The translations under genes were made by a program, and so were the position numbers. From Lytechinus pictus (taxonomy: Eukaryota), in NCBI RefSeq assembly GCF_037042905.1, contig NC_087247.1, forward strand, positions 10,974,001-11,038,000: a stretch of DNA of 64,000 nt, given 5' to 3'. The notes under the pieces were generated by a model. It did not search any database. It saw only the letters and a list, made by a program, of their open reading frames with translations, and was not told where the DNA came from. Positions 12,357 to 25,665 of the stretch are shown here, piece by piece (the first letter of the stretch is position 1; the number at the start of each line of letters is the position of its first letter).

Positions 12357-12531
12357 AGGGGCCATGGAGTGGTTTTGAAAGTGGGGGGGGGGGGGCTGAG
12401 CCAAAGGTGGGGAGGATGGCCATGCAAAAAATCACAATCAGATGGTCATTGCTACATTTTTGTACACAGGTTTTGGGGAAAAAATGGGGGCTGGGTGTAC
12501 CCCCCCCCCTCCCCCTGTTTCTGCAGCCCCT
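12357..12531. mobile_element. Short G/C-run MITE with CAGGGG-type ends (hAT-like)
   Basis: caggggccatggagtggttttgaaag(G)n...(C)n...gcagcccct; related degenerate copies at ~17405-17505 and ~43130-43285. Confidence 0.55.
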
Positions 12532-13129
12532 CTGTATATCTATCAATGCCTTTCCATATTTAAATTAAAATGTACCAACTTACCTTTCTATGATCTGTAT
12601 CTTGATAGGAAAATATGGGACGCAATCTTCCCTTTGGCTACACCTCTAATACTCTTCAACTTGGGTCTTGAGAATAAAGATAAAGAGAGAGAGAGAGGAA
12701 AGGGTAACAATTAGAATAATTCATATAAAAGTCAAACTACATGTACATACTCAGTTCATATACACTGTACCATGACATAGAAAAAGCAATACACAATTTC
12801 AGGGCTGCATGTATCATCAGTCACTCTGTATGTAACTTGTTATTTTGAATATAGCTTCATCATACTAGACCAGATAAGAATAAACTATATAGATTAGATT
12901 ACAAATAGCAGACATTTGTAGATACTAGCCACCCCCCCCCCCCCCTCTCTCTCTCTCTCCCTTTCTTTCTTTCTTAACATATTTAATTTCATTCTATATT
13001 TTCTTTATTTTTGTATTTTAAAAACTCATGTCATTAAATAAAGAGAGAAAGGTCACAATAGTTCAAAATTAAAGTGAGGTTGATTGGACATTTAAAAAAA
13101 TGATAAAAGAAAGATATAGCCCCCAACAA

Positions 13130-13660
13130 TTCAATAAAGCAGTCAAATTGCCCATGAATTAAAAATGGCCTTGCTAATTAATCTGTATAAGCTACGAGAC
13201 AATCAAAAGCAAAATAGCTGCATGTTGCTATTAATAGGAAAGCGCAAATTCTGGACAATAAAATTTGTTACGTCTGGGTTAATTGAAATGACACGGGCAG
13301 TCACGTAAAAAGATCTCGAGCAGGGCATGCGTGCCTACACTATGAGGGTATTTATCATTGACCAAATTCCATCAAGTGCTTTAATTGTAGGAGGGATCAA
13401 ATACTGAATCTAGGCAACTAGAGTGCGAATAATCATGGCCCCGGGTGTCTTCAATCCAGCGCTATTGATCCCGCAACTCCACTGTGCCTTTCATTCCATG
13501 GAATATATAACCAAATCCAGAAAAAAAACGCCCCGGGCCACGAATTCACATAAATGTACTGGTGCCGTTCACATATTGGAAGACAAGCACATTGACGTTA
13601 GTTTTCATGCCTATATACATTGTGCTTGCATATGCAGGTATAAATAATGCGCCTGTCAAC
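13130..13660. promoter_or_regulatory. Candidate cis-regulatory module
   Basis: Unique, complex, CpG-containing island with TAATTAAT, TTAATTG x2, CAAGTG, GATCAAA and CTGTCA motifs; no credible ORF. Confidence 0.35.
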
Positions 13661-14771
13661 AAAGAATGCTATGTACATAGTGATCATTGGGGTGTATCTA
13701 CTCTATATAGGCCTACATCATACCTACATACACAAACGTAACCATTTTCCCCTGCCCCCTACCTCCCTACCTCCACCCCCCCCCCCCACTACAATTGATC
13801 AAAAAAAGTGACAAACATTGCTGGAATAATCTAATATCACTTTTTGATATTTGTAATTGGCGATAATCAGAGGTAACATATTTGACAAATTAATCATTTT
13901 ATAAACATACTTTTGTATGTTATATATTACAGTAGGGCAAGGCAACAATTATCATCAGTGGTATCATCTTCATCATCACCAACATCATCATCATCTCTTT
14001 TGTCACTTCCATCATCAATGTTATTTATTGATCATTATACATTTTTATTATTTCTCCATTCTGCACACATGTAGTTAACACATTGACGTATGTTCTCTTA
14101 TTTTCATTTGACGTTGTCATGTTCTTTAATAATGCAAAGTGGTAATAACGACAGTCCTTGTGGCACAGTGAACACAACATGTATGTTGGATGAAATTCAA
14201 TTAATTTACAATCAATCATTTGATTCTGTCACTTTGGCCATTATAAGAAATAGCTTTTGATACATGTTAATTAAGCTACATCATCCACTGTCAAACTGTA
14301 CTTTATTCCATCATATGAAAAATGCCACTGGAAAGTTATGTACATTTATACAATGCAAAAGATATCATAACATGGCAAATAAAGGAGAAATTACTCAGAA
14401 ATAAGTAACAATTGAAATTCATGGACGGGACGATAAATTCGCCAGATGTGAAAGGGGCCCCATCGTCAAAGTATACAGTCTAAACTGATGACATAGTTAG
14501 GAACAGGAGAAATGTGTCATGCATGAACTGCATACTGGTAAATGAGAGCACACAAATAAAGTGGTGGGATTGGAGGCACACAAAGAGACACAAATACGAG
14601 AGGGAAAAAAAATGAAAACATCGCTGACAAAATATCTAGGGCAAGGCTACACTCTACTGCGCACGCTAACTACACGTCTTTTATCATTTTTTTGGTGGTA
14701 TAATGGAGCATCAGAAACGGGGAGATAAAGATTGGATTCCTGTTAAAGCACAATTTGCAGATTAGTCTTTA

Positions 14772-15665
14772 ATGTAGGCATTCTACTTTTTAAAGACCCA
14801 GACCAGACCAAAAAAAAAGACCTAAAATTATATTGACAAAATCATATACAATGTACCAATCAAAAGCTTATGCATTATGCACGTAGGCATTCTACTTATT
14901 AAAGACCAAGACCAGCCCCCCAAAAAACTAAAATCAAATTGACAAATCATATACAATGTCCTTATCGAAAGCTTATGCATTATGCATGTAGGCATTCTAC
15001 TTTTTAAAGACCCAGACCAGACACAAAAAAAACTAAAATCAAATTGACAAATCATATACAATGTACCAATCAAAAGCTTATGCATTATGCACGTAGGCAT
15101 TCTACTTTTTAAAGACCCAGACCAGACAAAAAAAAAGAACTAAAATCAAATTGACAAATCATATACAATGTACCAATCAAAAGCTCATGCATTATGCATG
15201 TAGGCATTCTACTTTTTAAAGACCAAGACCAGCCCCCCAAAAAACTAAAAGCAAATTGACAAATCATATACAATGTCCTAATCGAAAGCTTATGCATTAT
15301 GCATGTAGGCATTCTACTTTTTAAAGACCCAGACCAGACCAAAAAAAAGAACTAAAATCAAATTGACAAATCATATACAATGTCCTATAATCGAAAACTT
15401 ATGCATTATGCATGTAGGCATTCTACTTTTTAAAGACCCAGACCAGACCAAAAAAAAGAACTAAAATCAAATTGAAAAATCATATACAATGTACCAATCG
15501 AAAGCTTATGCATTATGCATGTAGGCATTCTACTTTTTAAAGACCCAGACCAGACAAAAAAAAAACTAAAATCAAATTGACAAATCATATACAATGTCCT
15601 AATCGAAAGCTTATGCATTATGCACATAGGCATTCTACTTTTTAAAGACCCAGACGAAAGCTTAT
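14772..15665. repeat. Young tandem array, ~105-109 bp unit, ~8.3 copies
   Basis: gtaggcattctactttttaaagacc...atcatatacaatgt...aagcttatgcattatgc at ~14772, 14881, 14986, 15091, 15197, 15303, 15412, 15519, 15625. Confidence 0.95.
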
Positions 15666-15721
15666 AAACTACCCAACACATTAATGCAAGCTTTATGCAT
15701 TGTCATTGCTTATACCTCAGT

Positions 15722-15841
15722 TAAACAGCCATTTTGTTCTATTTTATTTAAACCACCTATATGTAGATATTTTAAAAATTGGCAAAACGGCTGTTTTCGA
15801 CTTGCTGTATGGCCGCCATAGAGCAAATGTGACTGAGGTCA
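15722..15841. mobile_element. Truncated MITE (family of 17855-18005)
   Basis: aaaacggctgttttcgact...gagcaaatgtgactgaggt terminal sequence. Confidence 0.75.
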
Positions 15842-16102
15842 TACCAGCAGAGTATTTTGCTAAAGAATAGCTCTAATTATCGTGCGTCAAAAAATAGGCT
15901 TTCTTGTGCCTCTCACCAGCCTAAAGACGGTTAAGTCATGTTGTGTTAGCTAGGAGCGTTGCGATTCCATAGGTTTGTACACAGAAAAACTGGGTGATTT
16001 TTCTGCTTTTCAGATAAGGCGTGTTGTCAAAAGTGTGTGTGCGTCTTTTCCTTTATATTCCACAGCGAAACCGCTGAGCGTGACATTGTCCTTTTTTCTT
16101 AC

Positions 16103-16350
16103 CTACGGGTCAGTGCTCTTGCCATTCAAGACGCCAGCGTGCCCTTTTGCAGCGAAAACGGAAGCGTTCGCTTTTATCTTTTCTTTTGACGCCCCCGGTT
16201 GGCTCTCCGATAAGATGTTTTTGCATGAGCGCCCTCTGTGTCCACGATATCGGCGTTTTAGGCAAACTATTGAACGCCCGATCTCTAGTCACTGATCTGA
16301 ATATCGTTGTGTCCTTGTGTCGGTGTGCCTAGTCGCAGTGGGGTATATAT
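16103..16350 (-). promoter_or_regulatory. Candidate promoter and first exon of a minus-strand transcript; possible short CDS start MARALTR (16125-16103, phase 2)
   Basis: CpG-rich island; donor CGTAG|GTAAGA at 16103/16102; ATG context tgaATGG; TATATA at ~16344-16349 and TCAGT at 16295-16291, with spacing larger than canonical. Confidence 0.45.
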
Positions 16351-17854
16351 TTTCCAAAGTTACGCTTTCACAATTTCTTTTGATGATTTTTCGTTTCGGG
16401 TTTCAGTATATGACAAAGTTCAATTAAATTTAGATTTCATTTCTTTAATAGAACAATAAAGCTTTAGCCCTTTAGCACGAGTATGTTGCTTTATTTTGAA
16501 GAATATACCGTTAGATATTGACTTTCTAAAAGTAAGTATTCAGGCGCGGGTAAGATTTTTTTTAATCACACTGAGCCCACACTGTTAGCATTGTTGGGTG
16601 GAAAAATTGTCCTTCATCTTTATAAACGAAATGCAAATCCCCTCGTAAATGATGCAATATAAATCATACCTGGGTCCAAAAATGATGGCATTTAAATTTA
16701 TACATTGAAAAGCTACTGTGACAAAAAAAAACAATACATCCACAAAATGCAAGCGTTTTTTGTGGAAAAAAGGATGAAAACTAAGGCCATCGTTTAAATT
16801 CAAATTTGAGCTAAACAAAGGCCTATGTCTAATTTAGCCAAAGTGCACGTCAATTTTACTCTTATTATACACATGTTTAAACATTGACATGTTGGAAACT
16901 TATATATTCACACATAATACAGATGCCGTGCAAAACAAACGAATAAAGTATCATTAATTTGAACTTTAAAAATCTAATTGGATGCTCAAGCAGTCATATC
17001 GGTCATTGTAGCTTAAATGCACAATTCTTGAATTTCATTGCCCGAAATTCAGAACAAAAAGTACTTTCGTTACTTTGAAGGACCATTACAAACATCTTTG
17101 CCTTCGAACGAAATCAAAAGCACTTAAAAAATAAATATTGAAATTATCAAAGAAGTTGAGGTAGTCTTGACCATGAATTGAGTTGAGTGTTTATAAAGGA
17201 ATTACAGCGTCTTCTAAACTTTGAATGACCGATGAAAAATGTCGCGTGAATTAAAATGCAAATTAACACATTTAAGTGACTCCGACATGATATTGGACAG
17301 GAAAACCTATATTATCTTTTTACCTGGGATCCGTCTTTATTCCCTTATATAAATTTCCCCTGTGATCTAGAGTATTATGTGACCTAGTGTTCTTTATTAC
17401 CACCCAGGAGCCACAGAACCGAAGGGGGTCTGGGGCTGAGGCCTCCACAAGTACCATGATTTTATGCATGGTGACCCCCACCCCCTTCAAACCAGTCCGC
17501 TGGGGGGGGGATCTTAATTATTTCTTTTAATTTTCCAGTTCTACTTACAATATCCAATTTTGTCAACTTAATTCTAATGGTTCCTTTTTTCATCCAACTT
17601 CATTTCTTCCTTGAATTTTTCTAAATCTTTTCTATACCTATTCTTTTTTTAACCTTCACGTTTGACTTGTACAATACGTGTATATTGCCGTTGATTTCTT
17701 CTTCCTATCAAATATCTGAATTAATCTGCAAGCCTCTTTGGCCTAGTTTCCCTTCCAACTTTGTACTTCACCTCTTAATCGTATAGCTGCATTCTGTAAA
17801 GCTTGCATGTTTGAATATGCACAAAAAATCAATAAACGTACAGGAAATGGTAAT

Positions 17855-18005
17855 AACTCGGTCACATTTGCTCTATACGGCGGCCATACGGCGAGTCGAA
17901 AACAGCCGTTTTATTCATTTTATTCAAACCTCCTATATTTAGCTGGTACAAAAACTGTTAAAACGACTGTTTTCGACTCGCCTTAAAACAAATGTGACCG
18001 AGGTA
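17855..18005. mobile_element. Palindromic MITE
   Basis: ctcggtcacatttg...cgagtcgaaaacag / ctgttttcgactcg...caaatgtgaccgag. Confidence 0.85.
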
Positions 18006-19311
18006 TTTGGCATACTAGATCAACAAGGATGGGGTGCATGCTGGTGCGGATCCTGCCGGAGTAACACAATACAATCCAATAGGCGCCGTATTTATTTTGA
18101 ACAATAGTTGGGCTCTCAAAAGTATTGTGGTCTATTTTGTGACCTCTACTAAAAGAAGTCAGTGGTTGTATATTCTGCACCTGGAGGGTACAGTTATGTA
18201 GTGAATCCCGCCCCCCCCCCCCCCCTATGAGAGCCATTATCAATTTTGTTGATATAAATATGCAATTTTTACACAAGTGTGCCCCCTATAAAACTCACAG
18301 CATGTATTTTAATGAGAATATGTCGTTCATACACAGGTGAGGACCTTCACTTTAGCCTGATAAACACCCCTTTTCCAAATATATTTGGTTATCAAAATGC
18401 ACAGAGAGATGATAGGCAAAGAATATAACTCGAATGTTCATATTAAGAGGAGACCTATATAGAGGGAAGTTACATGGTTAATTAAAAATGTGTTGATAAA
18501 ATATCAGTCGAATGTTATGTTATAATCTGCTTCGCCAAACAGGTTTTATGTAATATTGCTCTTTATAAAGGCAAGTATTAAACTACATTAAATGTCGAAA
18601 TGTTGAGAAATATAATGGAAACCATATTAAAATGCACATTACGAAAAGAAACAAAATCCAGGTTCTAGTATGGGGACAAAACGAGAACAAGAAAACTACC
18701 CATTTGATGCTTATTTTAATTCCCCGAAAGCCGGACGTTGAAAATGACATGGGCCAGCGCATTGCAAGCTGTATTTAACGGCTTACCCCATTGTCAAGGT
18801 AGACCCCATTCTTGATTGGGGAGATTACCCTTTATTCTTGAACATAGAGGTGGTCTGACTGGTGGCGGATTTCAATAGAAAGATGACCTCTTGATTAGTG
18901 GGGTATTTCAATGGGAGATTATCACTTTGTCAGCGCTGATGACTGTCTTGATACTTTGATGTTCCCCGATGTGTCTTCTATTCGAAAACCGTGTTTGCAA
19001 CTAATCCCAATTATGAGACTATTTTGCATCAAAATGAAAGCCGAACTGTACCCTTTTTATAGATTTCTTTTGAAAATAAGATATTTACGTTTAAGGTAAA
19101 ATTGGAATATGAGAAGGCGCTTTATAATATGTAAACCAATATGATTTGTTCATAAGCATCTTTATAATAAATGTTACAAAATCAAGTTTCATAGAACAGA
19201 TGTTATACTCGATTTAGTTACAGCCAAAATATTTCAAAGTCATCGAGAGGGTAAGTATCAGACTAAATAATGCAAGCGTGAATGACGAGCTTGAAAAGGG
19301 ATCATTTTTAT

Positions 19312-19575
19312 CAGGGCGGATCCAGCTTTCGTCAATACAGAGAGAGGACGCAAAATCCCCCCCCCCCCTAAGCTTATTTTTGTTGGTTTCCTCAAGGGGG
19401 AGTCCAAACAGTGAAAATGTTTGGAAGTTTCCTTTTTTGGGCTCTGGAAATTAAACTATATTTCAAAGTGAGTTTGTGAAAAAAAAAGATATGCGTATAC
19501 ATAATTTTCTTTTATTGGCATGATCGTTGGCATGACCCGTTTGGCACTGGTATGCGAGCGCGCAGCGCTTACGGT
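19312..19575. mobile_element. Degenerate fragment of the 33555-34189 family, reverse orientation
   Basis: cagggcggatccagctttcg and tgcgagcgcgcagcgc match the reverse complement of that element. Confidence 0.6.
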
Positions 19576-22174
19576 TTAGATTTCTAAAAAGTTTAGACTT
19601 GCAGTAAAGCGCTGTAATAATACGCCGCATGTGAAGCCCCTCTATTATTTACAGCCTACTGTGAACTGTGCAACTATTTCAATTTTGAGTGAAATTCCTT
19701 CTCACTTTTTTATTTTTTCCTTAGCGTTTAGATACATATTTTGTGCTTCACTTGTAAGTGGTATACAAATAATGTAAATTACTATTAATCGCGTGCGTTC
19801 CCGATCTCCTTATCGAAATCAATATTAATGAGCTGAAAGCACGATATTGTTCTCGCTCTAATGGAGGGGGGGGGGGTCAGTGTTCTATCAAGCAAAAGAC
19901 GTAGGCCTATATGTGCATACGTTCATATCATTGGTGTAATGATAAAGAACCTGATGAATTCTGTTTTTGTATGTCGACGTTATTATAAAGTTAATACAAA
20001 TGACAATCAATATGATTCAGGCGTACACCGGTTTAACTGCAAGGTAACATGCATCCAGAAATCGAAATATCCGATGAATTCAAAACGTACGTAGCCGGAA
20101 TGGCATGTAGTTCGGATGTTACAGACTCTAACTAAGAATAATCTCGTATTACAAATGTTAATCTTGCTAAAAATGCACACAAACTCACAACGTGATAGAC
20201 TCTGGGGATGATGTCGTTGATATAAAATTCACATCGACCTCGACATGCAATCATTTTTGATACTGCATCGGACTTGACAACTCGCAAAATCTTTTCCAAA
20301 ATTAGATGGCCATCCATTCTCTCTCTTTTTAATCTTAATATAATCTTTGTATTTCAGGATCATGATATGAAAACCCTTTTAAAACAAACATGATAAAGGA
20401 AAAACGCGTCTCAAGTTATACATGGTTCATTGCCGCAAAATATACAAATCATCTTCATTTGTTGATATTAAATCATCAACATTATCACTGATATTATTAT
20501 TCGTATTATCATGTCCGTTAATATCACTTCAAAGTTATGATTATCACTTTCATCATCACCATCATTCATTATCTATTTCCAGTCGTTCTCCAGTATTAAT
20601 TTTATATTCTATATAATTAAAAATATATGAAAGATAATGGTAATGATCATGGTGATGCTGGTAATCATGAACATTAGATCCGTTATGTGAGATAATTAAT
20701 GCGATTTTACACGCTAATCGCTATTTGATGATGGTGAAAGAAATCTTTTAAATAGCGCAAAAGAAGTCGGGACGGTAGTTACTGCATACACGTACTTTAA
20801 TACACTATATATTACAAAAGATTCCCCATCGGACGGGCCAACGGTCTTTTGAAGTAGGTTCATCTATTGAAATTACGACAATAATCACGACGCGGATATG
20901 CGGGGAATTAAAGTCTGTGAGCGTCTTTCTGTGGCACATGCTATTGTGAATGATTATCTACTATACGGGTGAGTGATCTTGCTTTTTCATGATCATAGGC
21001 CTGGGCAATGACTAAGAACAGTTCGATGAGTATCAATGCCAAGCAATCCTGAAAGGTCAATAATGTTCAATTCTCTTGATAGAGGAGACTATATCATGGC
21101 CCTATTTGCTTTTGCTTTTAGGCCAGTAAGTGTATAAACTAACATAGATAATAAATAATTATTACATTCCATCTATTTTAGAGTAATGATCTAATGTTAA
21201 TATTATTATACATATCTCCCTGCAGCTTACGGCCCCATATCTTCACCCGTGAAGTACTGAATTTTGAAGCTTAAATTATTGAACATCTTGGCATCCTAGT
21301 ATTGTAATGATGTTTACCATCACTGCAATGTAGATAAAAACATTAATTTAATTCTACTCACATTGATTTTACTTTAGAACAAACTCACACCCCACCCCTT
21401 CCCGCTACAACCTTTCTCTCATTTTCATTATTTCCTTACCAAAATTATCAAAATTTCAATAACTACAATAATGACATAGATGGTTCTGTTGACATGATTG
21501 ACTATAATGATCCTACTGATGATATTGACGAAAATTAACACTGATGATGATGGTGGTGGTGGTAGTGAATGTGGTAGCGGTAGCCTTGATGATTATAATA
21601 AATGAAAATACTGAAAGTTACGAAAGTCACACATTCAGTGAATAATACCAAGAAACATACTTTTTGATGAAATAAAATTCACACACACTTTATGCTTCTT
21701 GTAGGCCTCCTATTTAATTTATTCTTATTTTCTGAACTGCAGTGTGTCCGCTTATATTCATTTTGTATGATTTAAAGCTTTTAAGTTTATAATTATATTG
21801 GTAAATCCCGGTCAGAAAAGTTCATGTCACCATTCCATTCCAGATTACTATATTATATGAGCATGGCCCTAAAATGAATATGATGTGATAGGTATGAAAT
21901 CAAATGTGTTTTATTGGAAAATTTAGCCCTTTTACACATCCTTTTTTCCAGCGATTTGGCGACCGATCAAAATTTACGCGTACTTTGTATTGGAAACCAT
22001 CTATCGGGACAGACTTCAAGATCTAGGTCTGAATAACATTGCAACATACTTCGTTTGGTGCTCAAAAGGTTATTTCTAAAATAGAACATCATCGAGAAAT
22101 GGTGCTTCATTCATGACATCTGAAAAAAAATCCGATGACCACTGCACTGTTGTAAACAATTTAGAATGCTTGTT

Positions 22175-23203
22175 AATACTCGACAAAATTCAAAAGACAA
22201 AATTACGTATTATTTACCAAAGTTAATCGAAGAGTTTTAACATGACAATTAGAACAATAAATTGAACACTACCCATGCAGAAAACGATCGAGATGAGAAA
22301 AAAAACTTGATCAGATGATGTAATATACTGATAAGCAAAGCTTGTTGATAAAACATAACTTTGACAATTACATTAAAGACGACACCGCCGGTGTTTTCAA
22401 AAGTATGGGGGCTAATGGGGGGAAAGAACATTTTTGGGGTGGGGTGACAAAAATGTATTTAGGAAGAAAGTATGAGCGTCAAAAAATTGGAAAAGATTGA
22501 GTAATTTGAAATAATCCCTCTTCAGGAAATGGAATTCATTGAGTGGTATAAAATGCCAATCTTGGGCGGATCAGATTTTATATCAAAATAATTTAGCCTT
22601 ATTAATAATCTTTAACTCGCAAAACAGAGTTGAAAACGTGTGCATGTATGCAGAAAAAACACTCCTTCCTGCAAACAATGTTGGATCTCTGAATTTTCGA
22701 AATTATTCTGAAACCTTAACCTGCTCTAATTAATCAGATTTTTCTGATGTACAAGGAAAGGACAGAATCATCTGTTTTATTATTTTTTGGTGGGGGGGGG
22801 GGGGGTGAATATTCGAATTTGCTAATATTAAGAGCTTCCTATTGTATGATTAAAGAAACTTGAGCGATATTCAAAATTAAGTTAATACTCTACAAAATTC
22901 ACATTATTTACTACAAACTAAAGTTAATCGCAGAGTTTTAACATTTAGATTCATTTATTTCCGTTCAACAAATGATATAATCGAAGTAACAAGGTAAATA
23001 CATTTACACATGCAATAATACATACAGTTCAACGACATTTTATAACAACCAGTATTTTCAAAAGCAGAGGGGGGGGGAGGGCCCAAGTCAGAAAATTGTG
23101 GAGGCAAAACATGGTTTTTCGGAAAAAAATTATGAGCGTCAAAAAATGGGAAAAGATTGAGGAATTTGAAATTATCCCTCTTCAGACAGGGGCATTCATT
23201 GGA
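22175..23203. repeat. Diverged local direct duplication (22175-22542 vs 22884-23203)
   Basis: Shared aatactc.acaaaattca, aaagttaatcg.agagttttaacat and tatgagcgtcaaaaaat.g.aaaagattgag.aatttgaaat.atccctcttcag. Confidence 0.8.
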
Positions 23204-24779
23204 GAACATCTTTTCAATTGGCGAAACGCTATGAAGCACCGCCTTCTGGTGGCAACGGCATGGTCTTCTGTTTCGTGTGAAATGAAATCGACGGGTTGGT
23301 TCTCCCACAGTCATTCCAATCAGGCGGAACGGGTAAATATATCATACATTTGTAGGTCCAAGATCTCATGAGCAATGACAGAGCTAGGGAAGCGATCTGC
23401 ACATGAAACAGGGTTTCCTATTTGCAATTCTCCATCTCCATTTTTGTCACCTGTCTTTCTTTTTAATCTTTTCACCTCCTCATTTCTTTATCCCTTCCCC
23501 TTGTCATGTTTCCTTGTATTAATTCTTCTTCCTTTTATCTTTTAATCCTTAATCCATTTTTTCGCCGCAAATAGGAGCCCATTCAACACCTATAATCATT
23601 TTGCTTTTGTTATCTTTCCTATCCTGATAATTACTGATGTGGTATAAGTGCTTTAGGTTCCTACATTAACAATTCGATAACTACATTTCTTCGATACACG
23701 ATTTTCCCTTTCTCTTTCTCATGATTTTTCTGAAATCTTCTATCTTTCCTTTTTTATTGAAAGGTTTTACCGTAAAACCTTTCAATATTCTCTCCACCAT
23801 GGAAACCTTCAAAGGTCATCTTTCCTTTTTTTTATTCACTTATTTTGCTCTGTATATCTTTTAATGAAATATTGGTAGAAGGGGTTCGCAATCAGATTAA
23901 AGTTGCGGCCAATTTAACTCCGAGTTTTGGGGTTTCATTTCTTCATTCTCTTGTTGTTACCTGAATGAACAATTGAACAATGAACAAAAAATAAAGAACC
24001 GTTTCAGCATGGCCATTGCATGTCTTCCCCTCTGTTCCCCTTTCACTCTTCCCCCACCCCCTTTATATCTCCCCTCATCGTCCACCAGCTCTCTCTTCTT
24101 CTTTCCCCTTATTTTCTGTCTCTATCCATTTCCATATTCCAAATCCCCCCCCCCTCTACCGTTGATTCTCGATCCTAAATTTCTTCCCCTCTCAAATTTC
24201 CTTTTTTTTTTTTTCTCTTTCAACTGTTTTTCCTCCATATTTTTTTCACCCTTCCTCTTCTTCCATCGCAATATTATTTTCTTATTTTCTCTCTGTTCCC
24301 CCTTCATTTACTCTCCCTATGAATTCTTAGTTTTCTTCTTCCTCTTGTCACCTTACCTTTCGGTCCCGCTTCTTTAAAACAAGGAGATAAAGAAAATTAA
24401 GAGACAATATGTTATCCTGGGGAAATGGTTGCCCGTCCAAAAATTGAACAAACTGTTTAAAACAGCTTCTAATAAATCTTTTATCTATCTATGCCTAATA
24501 GTGTCGAGCTGTTCCGGTCATATTTATTTTTATCATTCTATTTCCTTCTATTTTTTTAGGAGGGGGGGGGGTGAAGGGGGGGGGGCTCCCGACACTTGTT
24601 TCAGATGTGAGTAATAATGAATATTCCAAGTTGACGTGAATTCTACGAATGGCTTGGGCCTACGAAACGAAAATGTATGGAATCTTATTTTCCCACCTAA
24701 AACATCATGAATTGACTCTCTTCCAATTGCAAAAAAAGAGGTTTTCATGGTTATTGCAGTAAATTCTAAAGATCAGCAA

Positions 24780-25140
24780 CGATTTATGACACGTGCGTGA
24801 TTTTTTATTAAGCCACCGTGGCTTTATGAATGCACCCGAACTTCCATTATAGATGCGAACCACAGTTCAGAACAGTAACCCAAACTCTCCGATCCGACAG
24901 TCAATATGAAGGCACGCATTTGTTTTGGTCGTAGAGGGAGCTATTTAGAATAGTTTCTTCGGTCTTTCGACAGAACTTAAGACATGCAGGAAAGACGAAC
25001 AAAAGAACGGTGGCGTCAATGGGCCTTTGATGGCGGCCGTTCCTTTGAAGACAAGGGAACGTTGGGCGGGAAAGCTGAAGCGAAAACCCGGATGCGGTAA
25101 AGACGCTATAGAACGGTGCATGGACTTTTGACAAGCTCCC
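24780..25140. promoter_or_regulatory. Candidate Wnt/TCF-responsive cis-regulatory module
   Basis: CCTTTGAT (25024-25031), TGGCGGC (reverse complement GCCGCCA, helper-like) and CCTTTGAAG (25042-25050) in a CpG-rich unique island. Confidence 0.5.
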
Positions 25141-25665
25141 TAATACACATTTTTATTTTCTTCACTTCCATATCGTAAATATCTTTTCCTGCAAGCTTGA
25201 ATAGATGAAATCTACAGCTTTGGACTACTTCTTCATTATTTTATTTCCCCCTTATTTGGCGCAGCTTTCCAATTCTATCTGCATTCAGATTATGTTTAAG
25301 AAATTTTCCTGACATAGCAATTTAGGCCCCAAAAAACTAGTGAATAGTTTGTTGTAGGTTTCCATCAATTTCATCAATGAATAATTAACAGTACCATTTT
25401 CTTCTGCATATTGAAAAATAAACTGGAATTCATAATCTGAAAAGCAGAAAAAGCATCAAATTTTTATATGTACACACCTATGGAATCACAACGCTTCCAA
25501 CACAAAGTGACGTCACGGTCTTGAAGTCAGTAAAAAGCGCAAGAAAGTCTATTGTCGAAATCTGTCAATTTGAGTTTTTCTAAGGCAAAATACTTAGCTG
25601 TCAAGCGGTGAATAGCTGATATATTTTCCATTTGTCAATTTCACTTTTAGCTCCTGTCTGGGTCA

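Noticed and set aside
14828-15681. Repetitive ORFs (MPTCIMHKL...)
   Set aside because: Translations of the ~107-bp tandem array; unit lengths vary and break the frame
16790-17290. Possible DNA-transposon relic
   Set aside because: Looks repeat-like, but I could not define TIRs or find a second copy in the window
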